A stretch of DNA of 63,977 nt, filler included, from Sandaracinaceae bacterium (GCA_947483975.1; 13 parts of 13 records of this genome joined end to end with filler, not necessarily neighbours in it), one strand, 5' to 3'; positions 40,077 through 50,914 are shown, counted from the whole stretch's first letter. The notes: a model not told the origin generated them from the sequence alone. Numbers and translations are program-made.

Positions 40077-41243
40077 GCGCTCCTCGCGGCGCAGCTGCCG
40101 GTGACGCACGGTCGCGCGATCTCCGTGCCGTGGACGCTCGCCGCGCTGCTGATCACGGCGGTGAGCGTGGCCTACGGCGGGCTCGCGCTCGGCCTCCTCA
40201 CGGGCACGCTGCGACCCGCGTCCGCCGCGCTGCGCGCGCTCGCGGACGACGTCGCCGCGCGCGAGGGCGTGAAGCTCGCGCTCGTGCTGCGCCTGCCGAC
40301 GGGGGACACGCACTTCGCGAACGCCGCCGCGATCCCGTGGGCGCGCACGATGGTCGTCACCGATCGCCTCGCCGAGCGCCTGCCGACGGACGAGCTGCGC
40401 GCGGTGCTCGCGCACGAGGCGGGACATCTCAGCGAGGGCCCCGCGGCGGTGAGCGCGCGGCTCGGGGCGGCGACGCTGCTGGTGTTCACGCTGAACATCG
40501 GCAGCCAGCTCGCGTGGGCGGTGGGCACGGCGGGCTACGTCGCGTTCGGCGTCGCGCTGGCGCTCGGCCTCGCGGGGCTGCTGCGCGTGCGCAAGCTCGC
40601 GCGCGCGATGGAGGAGCGCGCCGACGCGCACGCTTGCGCGACGGCTGGCGCCGGTGCCTTGGCGCGCGCGCTCCGCACGATTCACGAGGACGCGGAGGCG
40701 CCGATGGTCACGAGCGAGCGGCGCGTTCACCCGGATCTGTGGGACCGCCTGCGCGCGTGCGGCGAGGACCCTGGCCCGCGCCCTGCCCCACCATCGAAGC
40801 GCGCGGGGAGGCTCGCCGCGCTGCTCGTCCTCGCGCTCTTGGCAGGTACGATCACGGCGCTCGAGCTCGGGACGGCCTTCGACGCCGACGACGCCGTCAC
40901 CGTGTCGAGCGAGCGCGCCGAGTGGCGCCTGCGCCTCGCCCCGCGCGACGCAGAGGCGATGCTCGCTGCCGCGTGGAGCGCGCGGCACGCGGACGATCTC
41001 GACACTGCGTGGCGCGGGCTGCGCTGGGCAGAGGCGCTCGACGTGGACGCGGCGCCCGCGAACGAGCTACGCGCGGAGCTCGCCGCGGCTCGAGGGGACT
41101 GCGCGACCGCGCGTGACGCCTTCGATCGTGCGCTCCGAGCGAGGGCGCGCGCGTCACTCGACGACCAGAGCGCGCCGCTCGCGCTCGGCGGCTACCGCCT
41201 GCCGCCGACGTTCTTGCGCCGCTGTGAGCCGCGCAGCCGCTGA
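40077..41243 (+). CDS. M48-family metalloprotease with C-terminal TPR-like region (5' truncated)
   Basis: ELRAVLAHEAGH, EERADAHA and HP...RL. Confidence 0.8.
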   Translation, partial: ALLAAQLPVTHGRAISVPWTLAALLITAVSVAYGGLALGLLTGTLRPASAALRALADDVAAREGVKLALVLRLPTGDTHFANAAAIPWARTMVVTDRLAERLPTDELRAVLAHEAGHLSEGPAAVSARLGAATLLVFTLNIGSQLAWAVGTAGYVAFGVALALGLAGLLRVRKLARAMEERADAHACATAGAGALARALRTIHEDAEAPMVTSERRVHPDLWDRLRACGEDPGPRPAPPSKRAGRLAALLVLALLAGTITALELGTAFDADDAVTVSSERAEWRLRLAPRDAEAMLAAAWSARHADDLDTAWRGLRWAEALDVDAAPANELRAELAAARGDCATARDAFDRALRARARASLDDQSAPLALGGYRLPPTFLRRCEPRSR

Positions 41244-41294
41244 GCGTGTTCGCTGACCGAAGACGCTCGGCGCGAGGGCTGAACCCCTTATTTT

Positions 41295-43274
41295 CTAAGG
41301 CGCTGCGTGCGCGAGCCCGGTCGCCAGATACGGGTCGAGAATCTCCGCGCTGCCAGCCGCCCAGTGCGTGTCGAGGAAGTGCAGCCACGCCGTCGCGCCC
41401 ACCTCGCTGTCGCCGAGGTTGTTGTGCGTCGCCTGCTCGACGCTGCCGTCCGCGCGCCGAATCACGTCGAATTGGAGCAGCCCTGCGGTCGTCGCGCCGC
41501 TGTCGAGGTTGCCCGAGAGCGGCGGCGCGCCCGTCTCGCCGAGCCCTGCCTCGGCGCGCAGCGTCGGCGGCACCACGTCGACGCCGACCGCGCGCGCGAG
41601 GGCGTAATTGGCGCTGTTGGGCACGGTGTCGTCGTCGAGCACCACGCCGAGCAGCACGTCGGGGATCCGCGTACCGGCAGCCGCGAGCCGGTCGTGGAGG
41701 ATGTGCGGCCCGTACGACGCCGCGTCGCCGCGCTCGAGCACGGTCTGCAGCACCGGGAAGAAGCGGTCGACGTCGCCCGCCGAGGTGCCGCGCGGGCGCA
41801 CGAGGTTGATGATCGGGCGGAACTGCGCGCTGTCGCTGATGATCGCCGAGACACGCCCGCCCGGCACGACGAGCACGACCGCGCCGTACGCGTCCGTGAG
41901 CGCCGCTAGCTCGCTGCCCATGATGCCGCCGAGCGACACGCCGAGATAGGCGAGCTTCGTGGCGTCTACGTCGTTGCTGCCGTCCCCGTCGACGTCCACA
42001 CCCGCGAGCAAGAGGCGCGTCAGCTGGAGCTTGTCCCAGGTCGACTGGCGGAAGTGGTCGCGCAGCTTGCGGCCGTCGATCGCGCGCGTCGCGCGGTCGC
42101 CGTCGAAGGTGAAGAACGCGAGGACCGTCTCGAACGCCGACGCGCTCGCGCCGAGCCCCGTCGGATGCTCGCTGTGTCGGACTGCGTCGATGGCGACCGT
42201 CGCGATACCGAGCGGGGCGGCGAACTCCGCGAGGCGCGCGCCCTGATCGCGGCCGCCGCCGAGCCCGTGCCCGTAGACGAGCGTCGGGAACGGCCCCGCA
42301 CCCGTGAACGGCAGCCAGAACGTCACGGGAACGCGGTAGGTGCGCTGCGGCGCCGCGGGCGCGCCGGGTGCGCGCGCAGGGAAATGGCCGTCCGCGTCGC
42401 GATAGTCGCCCGCGACGAACGCGGCCTCACACTGCCGCCAGCGCGCGCTCGCGTCGGGGGTGCAGACGGGCGCGCCGTCGAGCGCGAAGTCGCGCGTGAG
42501 CACGTCGGCGGCGACCGCCTCGGAGTCGGCGACGATGGACTGCGTCGGATACACGACCAGCGAGACGAGGTCGCTCGCGCTCGTGATGAGCCCGAGCGTC
42601 GTCAGCGCACCGAGGGCGCGTTGGTCCTCGGCGGAGGGCGAGGCGAGCCGCGCCGCCATCGCCGTCGAGGGCGCGAGGCAGCCGCGCGCCGCCGGGGTGA
42701 GGTCGCGCGTGACGAAGGCAGCGACCCAAGTCGCCTCGGGCAACGGATGCTGCGGCGCGAACAGCAGCGTCGCGCCATGGTCGGTCGTGCGGAGGACGGC
42801 CGGCTCGTAGCGCGGCGCGGGCTCGAGCACGACGAAGCCGACGCCGGCGTGGAGCCCGGCGGCGGCCGGTCCAGTCGGCAAGAGCGCCTCGTCGAACGGG
42901 CGCCCAAAGCGAAAGAAGACCTCCGCGTTGACGCCGAAGCCGTCGAGTTCGGAGAGGTCCTCGGTGAACACCGGTGCGTAGCCGCCGGCGGAAGCGAGCA
43001 GCGCGGTCCACTCGCTCGGCTCGACGTGCAGGCGCTTGCCCGTCGCCGTCGTCGCGTCGTCGACGAGCATGCGCGGCTCCGGCCAGACGTCGACGTCGTG
43101 CGTCGCGGGATCGTAGAGCCCGACGGTGCACGTCGGGCCCGCGTCGACGCCCGCGTCGAGCGGGGCGGGCGCGACCTCATCGCCGCAGGCCACCAACAGC
43201 CCGACGGCGGACAGCGCGAAGGCGAGCGAGGTCGCCGTGCGCGAGCGAGCGAGCGGCCGCGCCTCAGGCCCCAT
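41295..43274 (-). CDS. Lipoprotein alpha/beta-hydrolase (extracellular lipase-like)
   Basis: Lipobox LVAC-GDE; LDGFG, YGHGLGG, YLGVSLGG nucleophile elbow and DDTVPN. Confidence 0.8.
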   Translation of the reverse strand: MGPEARPLARSRTATSLAFALSAVGLLVACGDEVAPAPLDAGVDAGPTCTVGLYDPATHDVDVWPEPRMLVDDATTATGKRLHVEPSEWTALLASAGGYAPVFTEDLSELDGFGVNAEVFFRFGRPFDEALLPTGPAAAGLHAGVGFVVLEPAPRYEPAVLRTTDHGATLLFAPQHPLPEATWVAAFVTRDLTPAARGCLAPSTAMAARLASPSAEDQRALGALTTLGLITSASDLVSLVVYPTQSIVADSEAVAADVLTRDFALDGAPVCTPDASARWRQCEAAFVAGDYRDADGHFPARAPGAPAAPQRTYRVPVTFWLPFTGAGPFPTLVYGHGLGGGRDQGARLAEFAAPLGIATVAIDAVRHSEHPTGLGASASAFETVLAFFTFDGDRATRAIDGRKLRDHFRQSTWDKLQLTRLLLAGVDVDGDGSNDVDATKLAYLGVSLGGIMGSELAALTDAYGAVVLVVPGGRVSAIISDSAQFRPIINLVRPRGTSAGDVDRFFPVLQTVLERGDAASYGPHILHDRLAAAGTRIPDVLLGVVLDDDTVPNSANYALARAVGVDVVPPTLRAEAGLGETGAPPLSGNLDSGATTAGLLQFDVIRRADGSVEQATHNNLGDSEVGATAWLHFLDTHWAAGSAEILDPYLATGLAHAAP

Positions 43275-44457
43275 CGTCGTCCCGCACGAGCTCCGTCGAG
43301 GTCGAGCGACACACATAGCGGCGCAGGAACACGTCCGCGCCCTGCGGCGCCGCGACGAGGAGCGCCTCGCCGGTCCACACGGCGCGCGCGCCCGCCGGCG
43401 CGAGGCTCTCTGGGAGCAGCGCCTCGAGGCGGCTCTGCGGCGCCTCGAGCGACAGCGAGATCGTGACGCCGTCGCCCGTCGAGCGGAGCTGCGGGTGCCC
43501 GCCCACGCACGCCGTCGACAGCACCGAGCGCGTCGTCGTCGCGACCGCGCGCCCGTCCGTGCCGAGGTGCGCGACGTGCAGCCCTTCGGCGCAGCGCGAG
43601 ACCGAGGCCGCGCCCTCGTCGAGCGCGACGAGCCCGACCGGCAAACACCCCGCCGGCCCGTCGTCGTCTGCCGCGTACGGAGGCTCCGCGCGCAGCACGA
43701 ACACATGACCGTGCGCGCCGTCCGACGCGCTGCACACGCCGCTGTACCAGACGCCCTTGGTCCACACGGACCCCGGCAAGAACGGCTCACAGGGCACACG
43801 CACCTCGTTCGCCTCGGCGCGATGCGGCGCGGCGTCCGGTCGCCCGATGCGCCGATGCTCGTACCGCGCGCAGAGGCCTCCCTCCGACCCGCAGGGCCCC
43901 GCCGCATTGCGGAACGTCAGCGTCATCGCGCCGTCATCGCTCGCCGACATCGCGAGGCGCCCCCTCGCCCCGCGCGGCAGCACGACGCTCTCACCGAGCG
44001 CGGTCGGCGGCGCGAACGCCTCGGCCTCCGCGCCTCCGAAGGTGGCCAACACCACCGTCTTCTCTGGCGTCTCGTGCGCGACCCAGGCGACGCCGAGCCT
44101 GCCGCCCGCGGACGCCGCAGCGACCTCCGCGACGAGCAGCGGCAGCTCGTTCGGGGCGCGCGCGACGACGGTCAGCTCGGGCCCGCGAGCGCCGCCTCGA
44201 GGATCGAGCGGCACCGCCCGAAGCGCGCCGTCTTCGGACACCGGCCCGGCGAAGAACAGCACGGCGCCGGTGCCCGTCGCGACGAGGTCGAAGGACGCGC
44301 GGCTCGCCACGACGCGGGGCGCGGCGATCGGACCGAGCACAAAAGGCGGAGGCGCCGCGACGGGGACGGGAGTGTCGCTCTGGCCGCAGCGCGCGCTGCA
44401 CGCGGCGAGGGAGAGCGACAACGCGAGAAGCCAGGTGCACGACGGGCGGCGGCGCAT
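43264..44457 (-). CDS. Hypothetical lipoprotein
   Basis: LALSLSLAAC lipobox; overlaps the next gene's start; GC3 bias. Confidence 0.7.
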   Translation of the reverse strand: MRRRPSCTWLLALSLSLAACSARCGQSDTPVPVAAPPPFVLGPIAAPRVVASRASFDLVATGTGAVLFFAGPVSEDGALRAVPLDPRGGARGPELTVVARAPNELPLLVAEVAAASAGGRLGVAWVAHETPEKTVVLATFGGAEAEAFAPPTALGESVVLPRGARGRLAMSASDDGAMTLTFRNAAGPCGSEGGLCARYEHRRIGRPDAAPHRAEANEVRVPCEPFLPGSVWTKGVWYSGVCSASDGAHGHVFVLRAEPPYAADDDGPAGCLPVGLVALDEGAASVSRCAEGLHVAHLGTDGRAVATTTRSVLSTACVGGHPQLRSTGDGVTISLSLEAPQSRLEALLPESLAPAGARAVWTGEALLVAAPQGADVFLRRYVCRSTSTELVRDDDGA

Positions 44458-44511
44458 CGCGAGCGAGTGTAACCGAGGGCGCGCGGCGCGAGTGCTGGTA
44501 ACCTGCGGCGC

Positions 44512-44876
44512 GTGTCACCGTCCACTCCCCCCACTTCGTCCCTGCCGACGCTGCGCGAGCGCTCGAGCGGCGTGTTGCTCCACCTGACCTCGCTGCCGGG
44601 ACCACACGGCTCAGGCGACCTCGGACCGCAGGCGCTCGGCTTCGCTGACCTCCTGAGCGCCGCTGGACAGCGCTGGTGGCAAGTCCTGCCCGTGAACCCG
44701 CCGGGCGGAGGCGCTTCGCCTTATCAGACGCTGAGCGTCTTCGCTGGCAGCCCTGCGCTCGTCGCGCTCGAGCCGCTGGTCGCGCGCGGCTGGCTCGACG
44801 CGCGCGCCGTCGCAGAGGCCGCACCCCGCGGCGACGCGCAGCGCATCGACTGGAGCGCCACGGGCGCGTTCCGCGA
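44512..44876 (+). CDS. malQ: 4-alpha-glucanotransferase (amylomaltase), N-terminal part (3' truncated)
   Basis: RSSGVLLHLTSLPG..G.GDLG, WWQVLP and SPYQ..S.FAG.P. Confidence 0.9.
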
Positions 44877-44976
44877 NNNNNNNNNNNNNNNNNNNNNNNN
44901 NNNNNNNNNNNNNNNNNNNNTTAATTAATTAANNNNNNNNNNNNNNNNNNNNNNNNNNNNNNNNNNNNNNNNNNNN

Positions 44977-45171
44977 ATCGCGCAGGCGATCGACGTCGCG
45001 GGCGCGCTCCGCGAGCTGCACGACGGCGAAGCCGAGCAGCGCCGACGAGAGCAGGAACGCGACCGAGAGCGCGAGCAAGATCCGCGCGCGCAGGCCGAGG
45101 CTGCGCGCACCCTGCGCCGCCCCCCGGGGAGGCGCGGGCGCGAACGACTTAGGGGATGAGGCGCGCGCCAT
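44977..45171 (-). CDS. Probable membrane sensor (histidine-kinase-like), N-terminal fragment
   Basis: LGLRARILLAL followed by a TM helix; start overlaps the upstream gene's stop; truncated. Confidence 0.45.
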
Positions 45172-48100
45172 CAGCGATCGCCGTGCCCGCAGCGGAGTCG
45201 CCGCCCCACACGATCATCTCAGTCCCGGTCCACACCGCCGTGTGCGCCTGCCGCGCGGTCGGCGCGCCGGCCGCGGAGAGCATCGTCCAAGTGCCTGCGC
45301 CCGCGGGGTCGTAGGCTGCGCCATCGCCGAAGGCGCTCACCGCCGAGGCGCCCCCACCCCAGATCAACGTGGTCGTGCCAGCCGCCACCGCGGTGTGCCG
45401 CGCGCGCGCGGCGAGCGGCGAGCTCGCAGTCGCAGCCCAGGTGTCGGCGGCGACGTCGTAGCGACCACCGTCCGACCGCGGCGCGCCGAACACGCCCGCC
45501 GCGTCCCCATCGTCGCCGCCCCACACCACGAGATACGTGCCCGTCCAGACGGCCGTCTGCCGCGCGCGGGACGCCGGCGCGCTCGCCGCGGAGACGTTCG
45601 CCCAGGTCAGCGCGGTCGTGTCGTAGCGCTTGCCGTCCCCCTGCACGGTGCCGCCGCCGGTCTCGCCGCCCCACTCGACCATGCGTGTGCCGGCGAGCGT
45701 GCCCGTGTGCCAGCGGCGGTCAGTCGGCGCGTTCGTGGCGCTGAGCGCCGTCCAGGTGTTCGTCGCGGGGTTGTACGCAGCGCCGTCGCCCGCATCGCCG
45801 CTGCCGCCCGAGATCCAGCCGCCCCACACGATCATGCGGGTGCCGGTCCACACCGCGGTGTGCGCCGAGCGCGCGCTCGGGGCGCCCATCGTCGTCATCG
45901 CCGTCCAGGCGTTCATGGCCGGGTTGTAGCGAGCGCCCGTGTTGAGGAAGCCGGCCGTGCCCACGCCGCCCCAGACGATCATCTCGGCGCCAGTCCACAC
46001 CGCCGTGTGCCCGCGCCGCGCGACCGGAGCTCCCATGCTCGCCGTCGCAGCCCAGCTGTTCGTGGTCGGGGTGTAGCGGCTCCCGTCGCCGAGGGGCGTC
46101 CCGCCGCTCTCGCCGCCCCAGACGATCATCGTCGTCCCGGTCCAGACGGCGGTGTGATTCGCGCGCGCGCTCGGTGCGCCCGTCGCGCTGACCGGCGTCC
46201 AGCCCTTGCAGCTGCCGGCGACGCACGCCCGGCCAGCCGAACACGCGTTGCCGCACACGCCGCAGTCGGTCGGCGAGCTCGCGAGCAAGCTCTCACAGCC
46301 GGTCGCCGGGAGCGTGTCGCAGTCCGCGAAGCCCGCCGCGCAGGTAAAGCCGCAGGTGCTCGCGGCGCACGTCGTCGTCGCGTTCGCGCGCACCGCGCAC
46401 ACGTTGGAGCAGCCGCCACAGTTCAGGATGTCGGTCAGCGTGCTCCGCTCGCAGCCGTTCGCGTCGGACGCATCGCAGTCGCTGAAGCCCACGCTGCACG
46501 TGTAGCCGCAGCTGCTCGCCGCGCAGGACGGCGCGGCGTTCACCGGCGTCGCGCACACCACGCCGCACGTGCCGCAGTTCAGCAGATCCGTCTGCGTGTT
46601 GCGCTCGCAGCCGTTGCTCGCCATGCCGTCGCAGTCCTCGTAGGGCGCGATGCACGCGTAGCCGCAGCCGCTCGCGCCGCACGTCGGCGTCGCGTGCGCC
46701 GGGGTCGCGCACAGGGTGCCGCAGCCGCCGCAGTTGAGCGGGTCACTGCCGGGATCGCTCTCGCAGCCGTTGCTCGCGACCCCATCGCAATCGCTGAAGG
46801 GCGCGGTGCAGCTGTAGCCGCAGCCCGAGGCGGTGCAGGTCGAGGTCGCGCGCGAGCGGGCCGGGCAGACGTTCGGGCAGGTGCCGCAGTGCAGCGGGTC
46901 GGCGCTCGTGTCGGCCTCGCAGCCGTTGCCGGCGAGGCCGTCGCAGTCGGCAAACGGCGCGATGCAGTCGAAGCCGCAAGCGCGCGCCGCGCAGTGCGAG
47001 GTCGCGTGCGCGGGCGGCGTGCAGGCCGTCCCACAGCCGCCGCAGTTGGCGGTGCTCGTGCGGACGTCGACCTCGCAGCCGTTGGCCGCGACGAGGTCAC
47101 AGTCGCGGAAATCCGTCATGCAGCCGTAGGAGCAAGCGCTCGCGAGGCAGCTCGCCGTCGCCCCGGGGACGCTCGCGCACGCGGCGCACGAGCCGCAGTG
47201 CAGCGGGTCGGCCACCGGGTTGACCTCGCAGCCGTTCGCCAGGTTTCCGTCGCACTCGAGGAGCCCGCCCGCGCACGTCAGCGTGCAGACGCCGGACGTG
47301 CACGTCGCGACCGTGCCGGCCGTCCCCGTGCAGGGCACGCCGCAGCCGCCGCAGTTCAACTCGTCCGCCGCGATGTCGGTCTCGCAGCCGTTCATCGCGT
47401 TTCCGTCGCAGTCCTCGCGCCCGGAGTCGCAGCTGAAGCCGCAGGTCCCGCCCGGGCCACAAGCGGCGGTCGCGAAGGGAGCGGCAGAGCAGACATTCGC
47501 ACAAGAACCGCAGGTCGCGGGCCCGCTGAGATCCGCCTCACAGCCGTTGCTCGGGTCCCCGTCGCAGTCGTCCGTGCCGGGCGTGCAGGCGTAGACACAG
47601 ACGCTGTCGACGCACGACGCGACCGCGCTCGCGCGCCCCGGACACGCCGAGCATGAGCCGCAGTGGAGCGCATCGCCGGTCGTGTTCGTCTCGCAGCCGT
47701 TCGCCGCGTCGAGGTCGCAGTCCGAGAGGCCGCCGCCGCAGTCGTAGGTGCACGAGCCCCCCGTGCAGCGCGCGGTCGTACCGAAGCGCGTCGGGCAGGG
47801 GCGTCCGCAGCCGCCGCACGTCGCGGGGTCGCCGAGAGTGTCGGCCTCGCAGCCCGTCGCCGGGTCGGTGTCGCAGTCGACGAAGCCCGTCTCGCACGCG
47901 GAGCCGCACACGCTGTCGGTGCAGGTCGCGGTGGCGTGCGCGGCGACGGGACACGGGTCGCACGAGCCGCAGTGCGCGGGATCCGTCGCCGGATCGATGC
48001 AGTCGGCGCCGCACGCGAGCTCTCGCCCGGTGCACGCGCCGAGGTCCTCGACGGGCCCGCTGTCGAAGGCGTCAGCGACGTGCGCGTCGATGGGGCCCGC

Positions 48101-48199
48101 GTCGGCGGAGCTCGCGTCACCGGCGCCGAGTCCGCCTCGGTCGACCGAGCATGCGCCAACCCCGACCACGAGGAGCGCGAGCGACAAGCCCGCGCGCAC
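45149..48199 (-). CDS. Large lipoprotein with ~11 Cys-rich repeats and a 7-blade Kelch-like propeller
   Basis: Lipobox VGAC; 11 (D/E)CD-x5-GCE...CGxC repeats; 7 HTAVWTG...WGG-type repeats. Confidence 0.9.
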   Translation of the reverse strand: MRAGLSLALLVVGVGACSVDRGGLGAGDASSADAGPIDAHVADAFDSGPVEDLGACTGRELACGADCIDPATDPAHCGSCDPCPVAAHATATCTDSVCGSACETGFVDCDTDPATGCEADTLGDPATCGGCGRPCPTRFGTTARCTGGSCTYDCGGGLSDCDLDAANGCETNTTGDALHCGSCSACPGRASAVASCVDSVCVYACTPGTDDCDGDPSNGCEADLSGPATCGSCANVCSAAPFATAACGPGGTCGFSCDSGREDCDGNAMNGCETDIAADELNCGGCGVPCTGTAGTVATCTSGVCTLTCAGGLLECDGNLANGCEVNPVADPLHCGSCAACASVPGATASCLASACSYGCMTDFRDCDLVAANGCEVDVRTSTANCGGCGTACTPPAHATSHCAARACGFDCIAPFADCDGLAGNGCEADTSADPLHCGTCPNVCPARSRATSTCTASGCGYSCTAPFSDCDGVASNGCESDPGSDPLNCGGCGTLCATPAHATPTCGASGCGYACIAPYEDCDGMASNGCERNTQTDLLNCGTCGVVCATPVNAAPSCAASSCGYTCSVGFSDCDASDANGCERSTLTDILNCGGCSNVCAVRANATTTCAASTCGFTCAAGFADCDTLPATGCESLLASSPTDCGVCGNACSAGRACVAGSCKGWTPVSATGAPSARANHTAVWTGTTMIVWGGESGGTPLGDGSRYTPTTNSWAATASMGAPVARRGHTAVWTGAEMIVWGGVGTAGFLNTGARYNPAMNAWTAMTTMGAPSARSAHTAVWTGTRMIVWGGWISGGSGDAGDGAAYNPATNTWTALSATNAPTDRRWHTGTLAGTRMVEWGGETGGGTVQGDGKRYDTTALTWANVSAASAPASRARQTAVWTGTYLVVWGGDDGDAAGVFGAPRSDGGRYDVAADTWAATASSPLAARARHTAVAAGTTTLIWGGGASAVSAFGDGAAYDPAGAGTWTMLSAAGAPTARQAHTAVWTGTEMIVWGGDSAAGTAIADGARLIP

Positions 48200-48313
48200 A
48201 GTACGAGCCGACTGTAGTGAGACCACGCGGCATCCTACCAAAGCCCGGGCGACGAAGGATAGGAGCCTCGTGTACGCTGCTGTCCTCGAGGGCCATCGGC
48301 CGAAGGAGACGGG

Positions 48314-48847
48314 ATGGAGGACGCGACGAAGGCAATGGCCACTTGGCTCGGAGCGCTCGCGCGCACGGGGGTCGTGCACGGCGCCGACGCGAACGCGGGC
48401 GAAGACCTCGCGGCCTACGTCGTCGGCGCGGACAAGCTCGCGCAGCTCCACGCCTGGTTCGCCGGAGCCGCACCGAAGGACGTCGCGCGCGAGAAGACCG
48501 CCGCCATCGAGGTGTGCATCTGGATGGCCTACGCCGATCGCGAGCTCGACCCGGCGGAGGGCAATTTGCTCCTCGGGATCATCGACGCGAGCGGGCTCGA
48601 CGAGGACGCGAAGGGCGCGCTCCTCGCGGCGACGCACGAGCCGCCTTCGCTGAAGAACCTCGTCAAGCGCCTCACGCAGCCCGTGCTGCGAGAGCTCCTG
48701 CTCGCGCTCGCGTGGGAGCTCGCGCAGGCCGACGGGCGCATCTCACGCGCAGAAAACGACTTCTATCGCGGCCTCGCGCGCAAGCTCGAGGTCACCGAGG
48801 AGCGCGCCGAGGCGATCCGCGAGGCGGTGTCGCGCCGCCTCGGCTGA
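48314..48847 (+). CDS. TerB-family protein
   Basis: Two ADxxxxxxE motifs (MAYADRELDPAE, LAQADGRISRAE); RBS AAGGAG. Confidence 0.75.
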   Translation: MEDATKAMATWLGALARTGVVHGADANAGEDLAAYVVGADKLAQLHAWFAGAAPKDVAREKTAAIEVCIWMAYADRELDPAEGNLLLGIIDASGLDEDAKGALLAATHEPPSLKNLVKRLTQPVLRELLLALAWELAQADGRISRAENDFYRGLARKLEVTEERAEAIREAVSRRLG

Positions 48848-48856
48848 GCGGACGCG

Positions 48857-49267
48857 CTACGCCGCGATCGCGCGGACGGTCGCGGCGTAGTCGAGGCGCG
48901 TCGCGCGCTGCGGCAGCGGAGGCGGCAGCCCCGCGAGGCTCTCCCCGAGCACGCCCTGCAGGAGCGGCGTGAGCTGCTCGAAGCGCAGCCCGAGGCAGCG
49001 CCCATGATCGCCCGGACGCCGCCCCGCGACGATGCGCACGACCCGCGCCGTCGTGTCGATGAAGAGCCCGCTCTGCGGGGCGCGGAAGCTCACCAGCAGC
49101 TCGTCGCCGATCTGCGCGTCCGCGTCGCTCTCGAGCAGCATCCCGGCGGGGCTGAGGTCGAGCGCGCGGCGCCCAACGAGCCGAAACGCGTCCTCGCTGA
49201 CGACCTGACACGCGAGCCGGACCGCGCGACGAACGGTCCGACGATGGCTCTTCATCACGAACGACAT
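48857..49267 (-). CDS. PilZ-domain protein
   Basis: RRTVR (RxxxR) and DLSPAG (DxSxxG); GLRF. Confidence 0.85.
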   Translation of the reverse strand: MSFVMKSHRRTVRRAVRLACQVVSEDAFRLVGRRALDLSPAGMLLESDADAQIGDELLVSFRAPQSGLFIDTTARVVRIVAGRRPGDHGRCLGLRFEQLTPLLQGVLGESLAGLPPPLPQRATRLDYAATVRAIAA

Positions 49268-49391
49268 GGGCGCCTCCCGTGCCGCGCAACGGACGCGCAG
49301 CACATGTAGGCAATGGTAGGTGCAGGCGCCGCCCCGACCAAGAAAGCTGCGCGCGGGCGGGGACGCTCAGCGCGTGAGCGGGCGGGGACGC

Positions 49392-49770
49392 TCAGCGCGA
49401 GAAGGGCATCGCGAGCTCGAGCTCGCCGCCTGGCGGATCGGGCAGATCCCACGCGCGCACCTGCGCCACGAGGCAGCCCGCGAGGGCGTCGTCGCCGGTC
49501 GTGTTGCGCGTCGCGCGCGCCGCCGGGATCAGGCCATCTGCGGCGATCGTGAACGTGACGACGACCGTGCCGCGGATGCCCTCGTTGTTGCGGGACGCGT
49601 GATCGAAGCACGACTGCGCGCGCGTCGCGTAGTAGGTCCTGATGAAGCGGCGGACCTGCGTCGCGTAGAGATCGAGCATCAGGTCGCGCTCATCGACGGG
49701 GTCGTCCACCGGCACCGTGTTCGGCGGGTCGGTGCCCGCCGCCGCGCCCGCTGCCGGGTCGGTCGCGGGG
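49392..49770 (-). CDS. AgmX/PglI-TonB C-terminal-like domain protein (5' truncated)
   Basis: CF...GTVVVTFTI..DG...LAGCL...W.LP.P...MPF. Confidence 0.7.
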
Positions 49771-49911
49771 NNNNNNNNNNNNNNNNNNNNNNNNNNNNNN
49801 NNNNNNNNNNNNNNTTAATTAATTAANNNNNNNNNNNNNNNNNNNNNNNNNNNNNNNNNNNNNNNNNNNNCCGACGAACGTCGCGCGCACGTTCCCGCTC
49901 GGAGGTCGTCG

Positions 49912-50814
49912 ATGTTCACGCAGTCCGATGTATTCCTTCAAACGGCCCACAGCGCGCCCGCTCCCTACGGCCGCCCCACGAAGGAGGAGCACGCCCGACG
50001 CCTTCTGCGCAGCCTGCTCGACGGCGACGGTCTTTCGGTCGTCCATCAGCCCATCGTGCACCTCGTCACCGGGGAGGTCTTCGGCCACGAGGTGCTCGGG
50101 CGCGCGCCGGCGCTCGCCCACACGGGGCTCGACGCGCTCGGTCCGAGCGAGCTCCTCGACCTCGCGGTCGAGTCCGGCATGCTCCTCGAGCTCGACCACG
50201 CGTGGCGCCGCCTCGCGATCGAGTACGTCGCCCGCCACCACGCGGAGGACGGCACGGTCTTCTTCTTGAACATCGACACGCGCGTCGTCGAGGACCAGCG
50301 CTTCGCGCCCGGCTTCACCCGCAAGCTGCTCGACCAGCACCGGCTGTCGCCGAGCCGCTTCGTGCTCGAGCTCACCGAGCGAGACCCGCAGCTCGCCGAG
50401 GCGCGGATGGAGCGCTTGCTCCCGCACTACACCGCGCAGGGCTTCCGCATCGCGCTCGACGACGTGGGCGCAGGCTACGCGTCGCTGACCGCGCTCGTCC
50501 GGCTCCGACCGCAGCTGCTCAAGCTCGACAAGTCCATCGTCACCGGCCTCACCGACGACCCGGTCCGCGAGCACCTCGTCGCCGCGCTCGCTGAGTTCGG
50601 TCGCCGCTCCGGCATGCAGGTCATCGCCGAAGGGGTCGAGCGAATCGACGACCTCACGGCGCTCCAGAGGGCAGGCGTGCAGCTCGCGCAAGGCTGGCTG
50701 TTCGGGCTGCCGCGCGAGGTCGCCGCGCCTCTGACCGCCGAGGTCCGCGCCCTCGTGCTGCGCACGGCGCGCGAGGCGTCCTCGCCTCGGCACCAGACCG
50801 CCCCATCGACCTGA
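49912..50814 (+). CDS. Stand-alone EAL-domain protein
   Basis: HQPIV, EVLGR, FLN, LELTE, IALDDVGAG, KLDK, IAEGVE and QGW; RBS GGAGG. Confidence 0.9.
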   Translation: MFTQSDVFLQTAHSAPAPYGRPTKEEHARRLLRSLLDGDGLSVVHQPIVHLVTGEVFGHEVLGRAPALAHTGLDALGPSELLDLAVESGMLLELDHAWRRLAIEYVARHHAEDGTVFFLNIDTRVVEDQRFAPGFTRKLLDQHRLSPSRFVLELTERDPQLAEARMERLLPHYTAQGFRIALDDVGAGYASLTALVRLRPQLLKLDKSIVTGLTDDPVREHLVAALAEFGRRSGMQVIAEGVERIDDLTALQRAGVQLAQGWLFGLPREVAAPLTAEVRALVLRTAREASSPRHQTAPST

Positions 50815-50914
50815 CGCGGGCGGGCTCGCCGTGTCCAAACCGTCACACGCTCGTGCGAGTTCTGCCGCCGAGCGGCGTCCCGGTCGCGCGTAGCGTCACG
50901 GGATCGGAGGCCTC

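Noticed and set aside
35597..50814. Apparent c-di-GMP cluster (degenerate GGDEF, PilZ, EAL)
   Set aside because: The three genes are on three different contigs.
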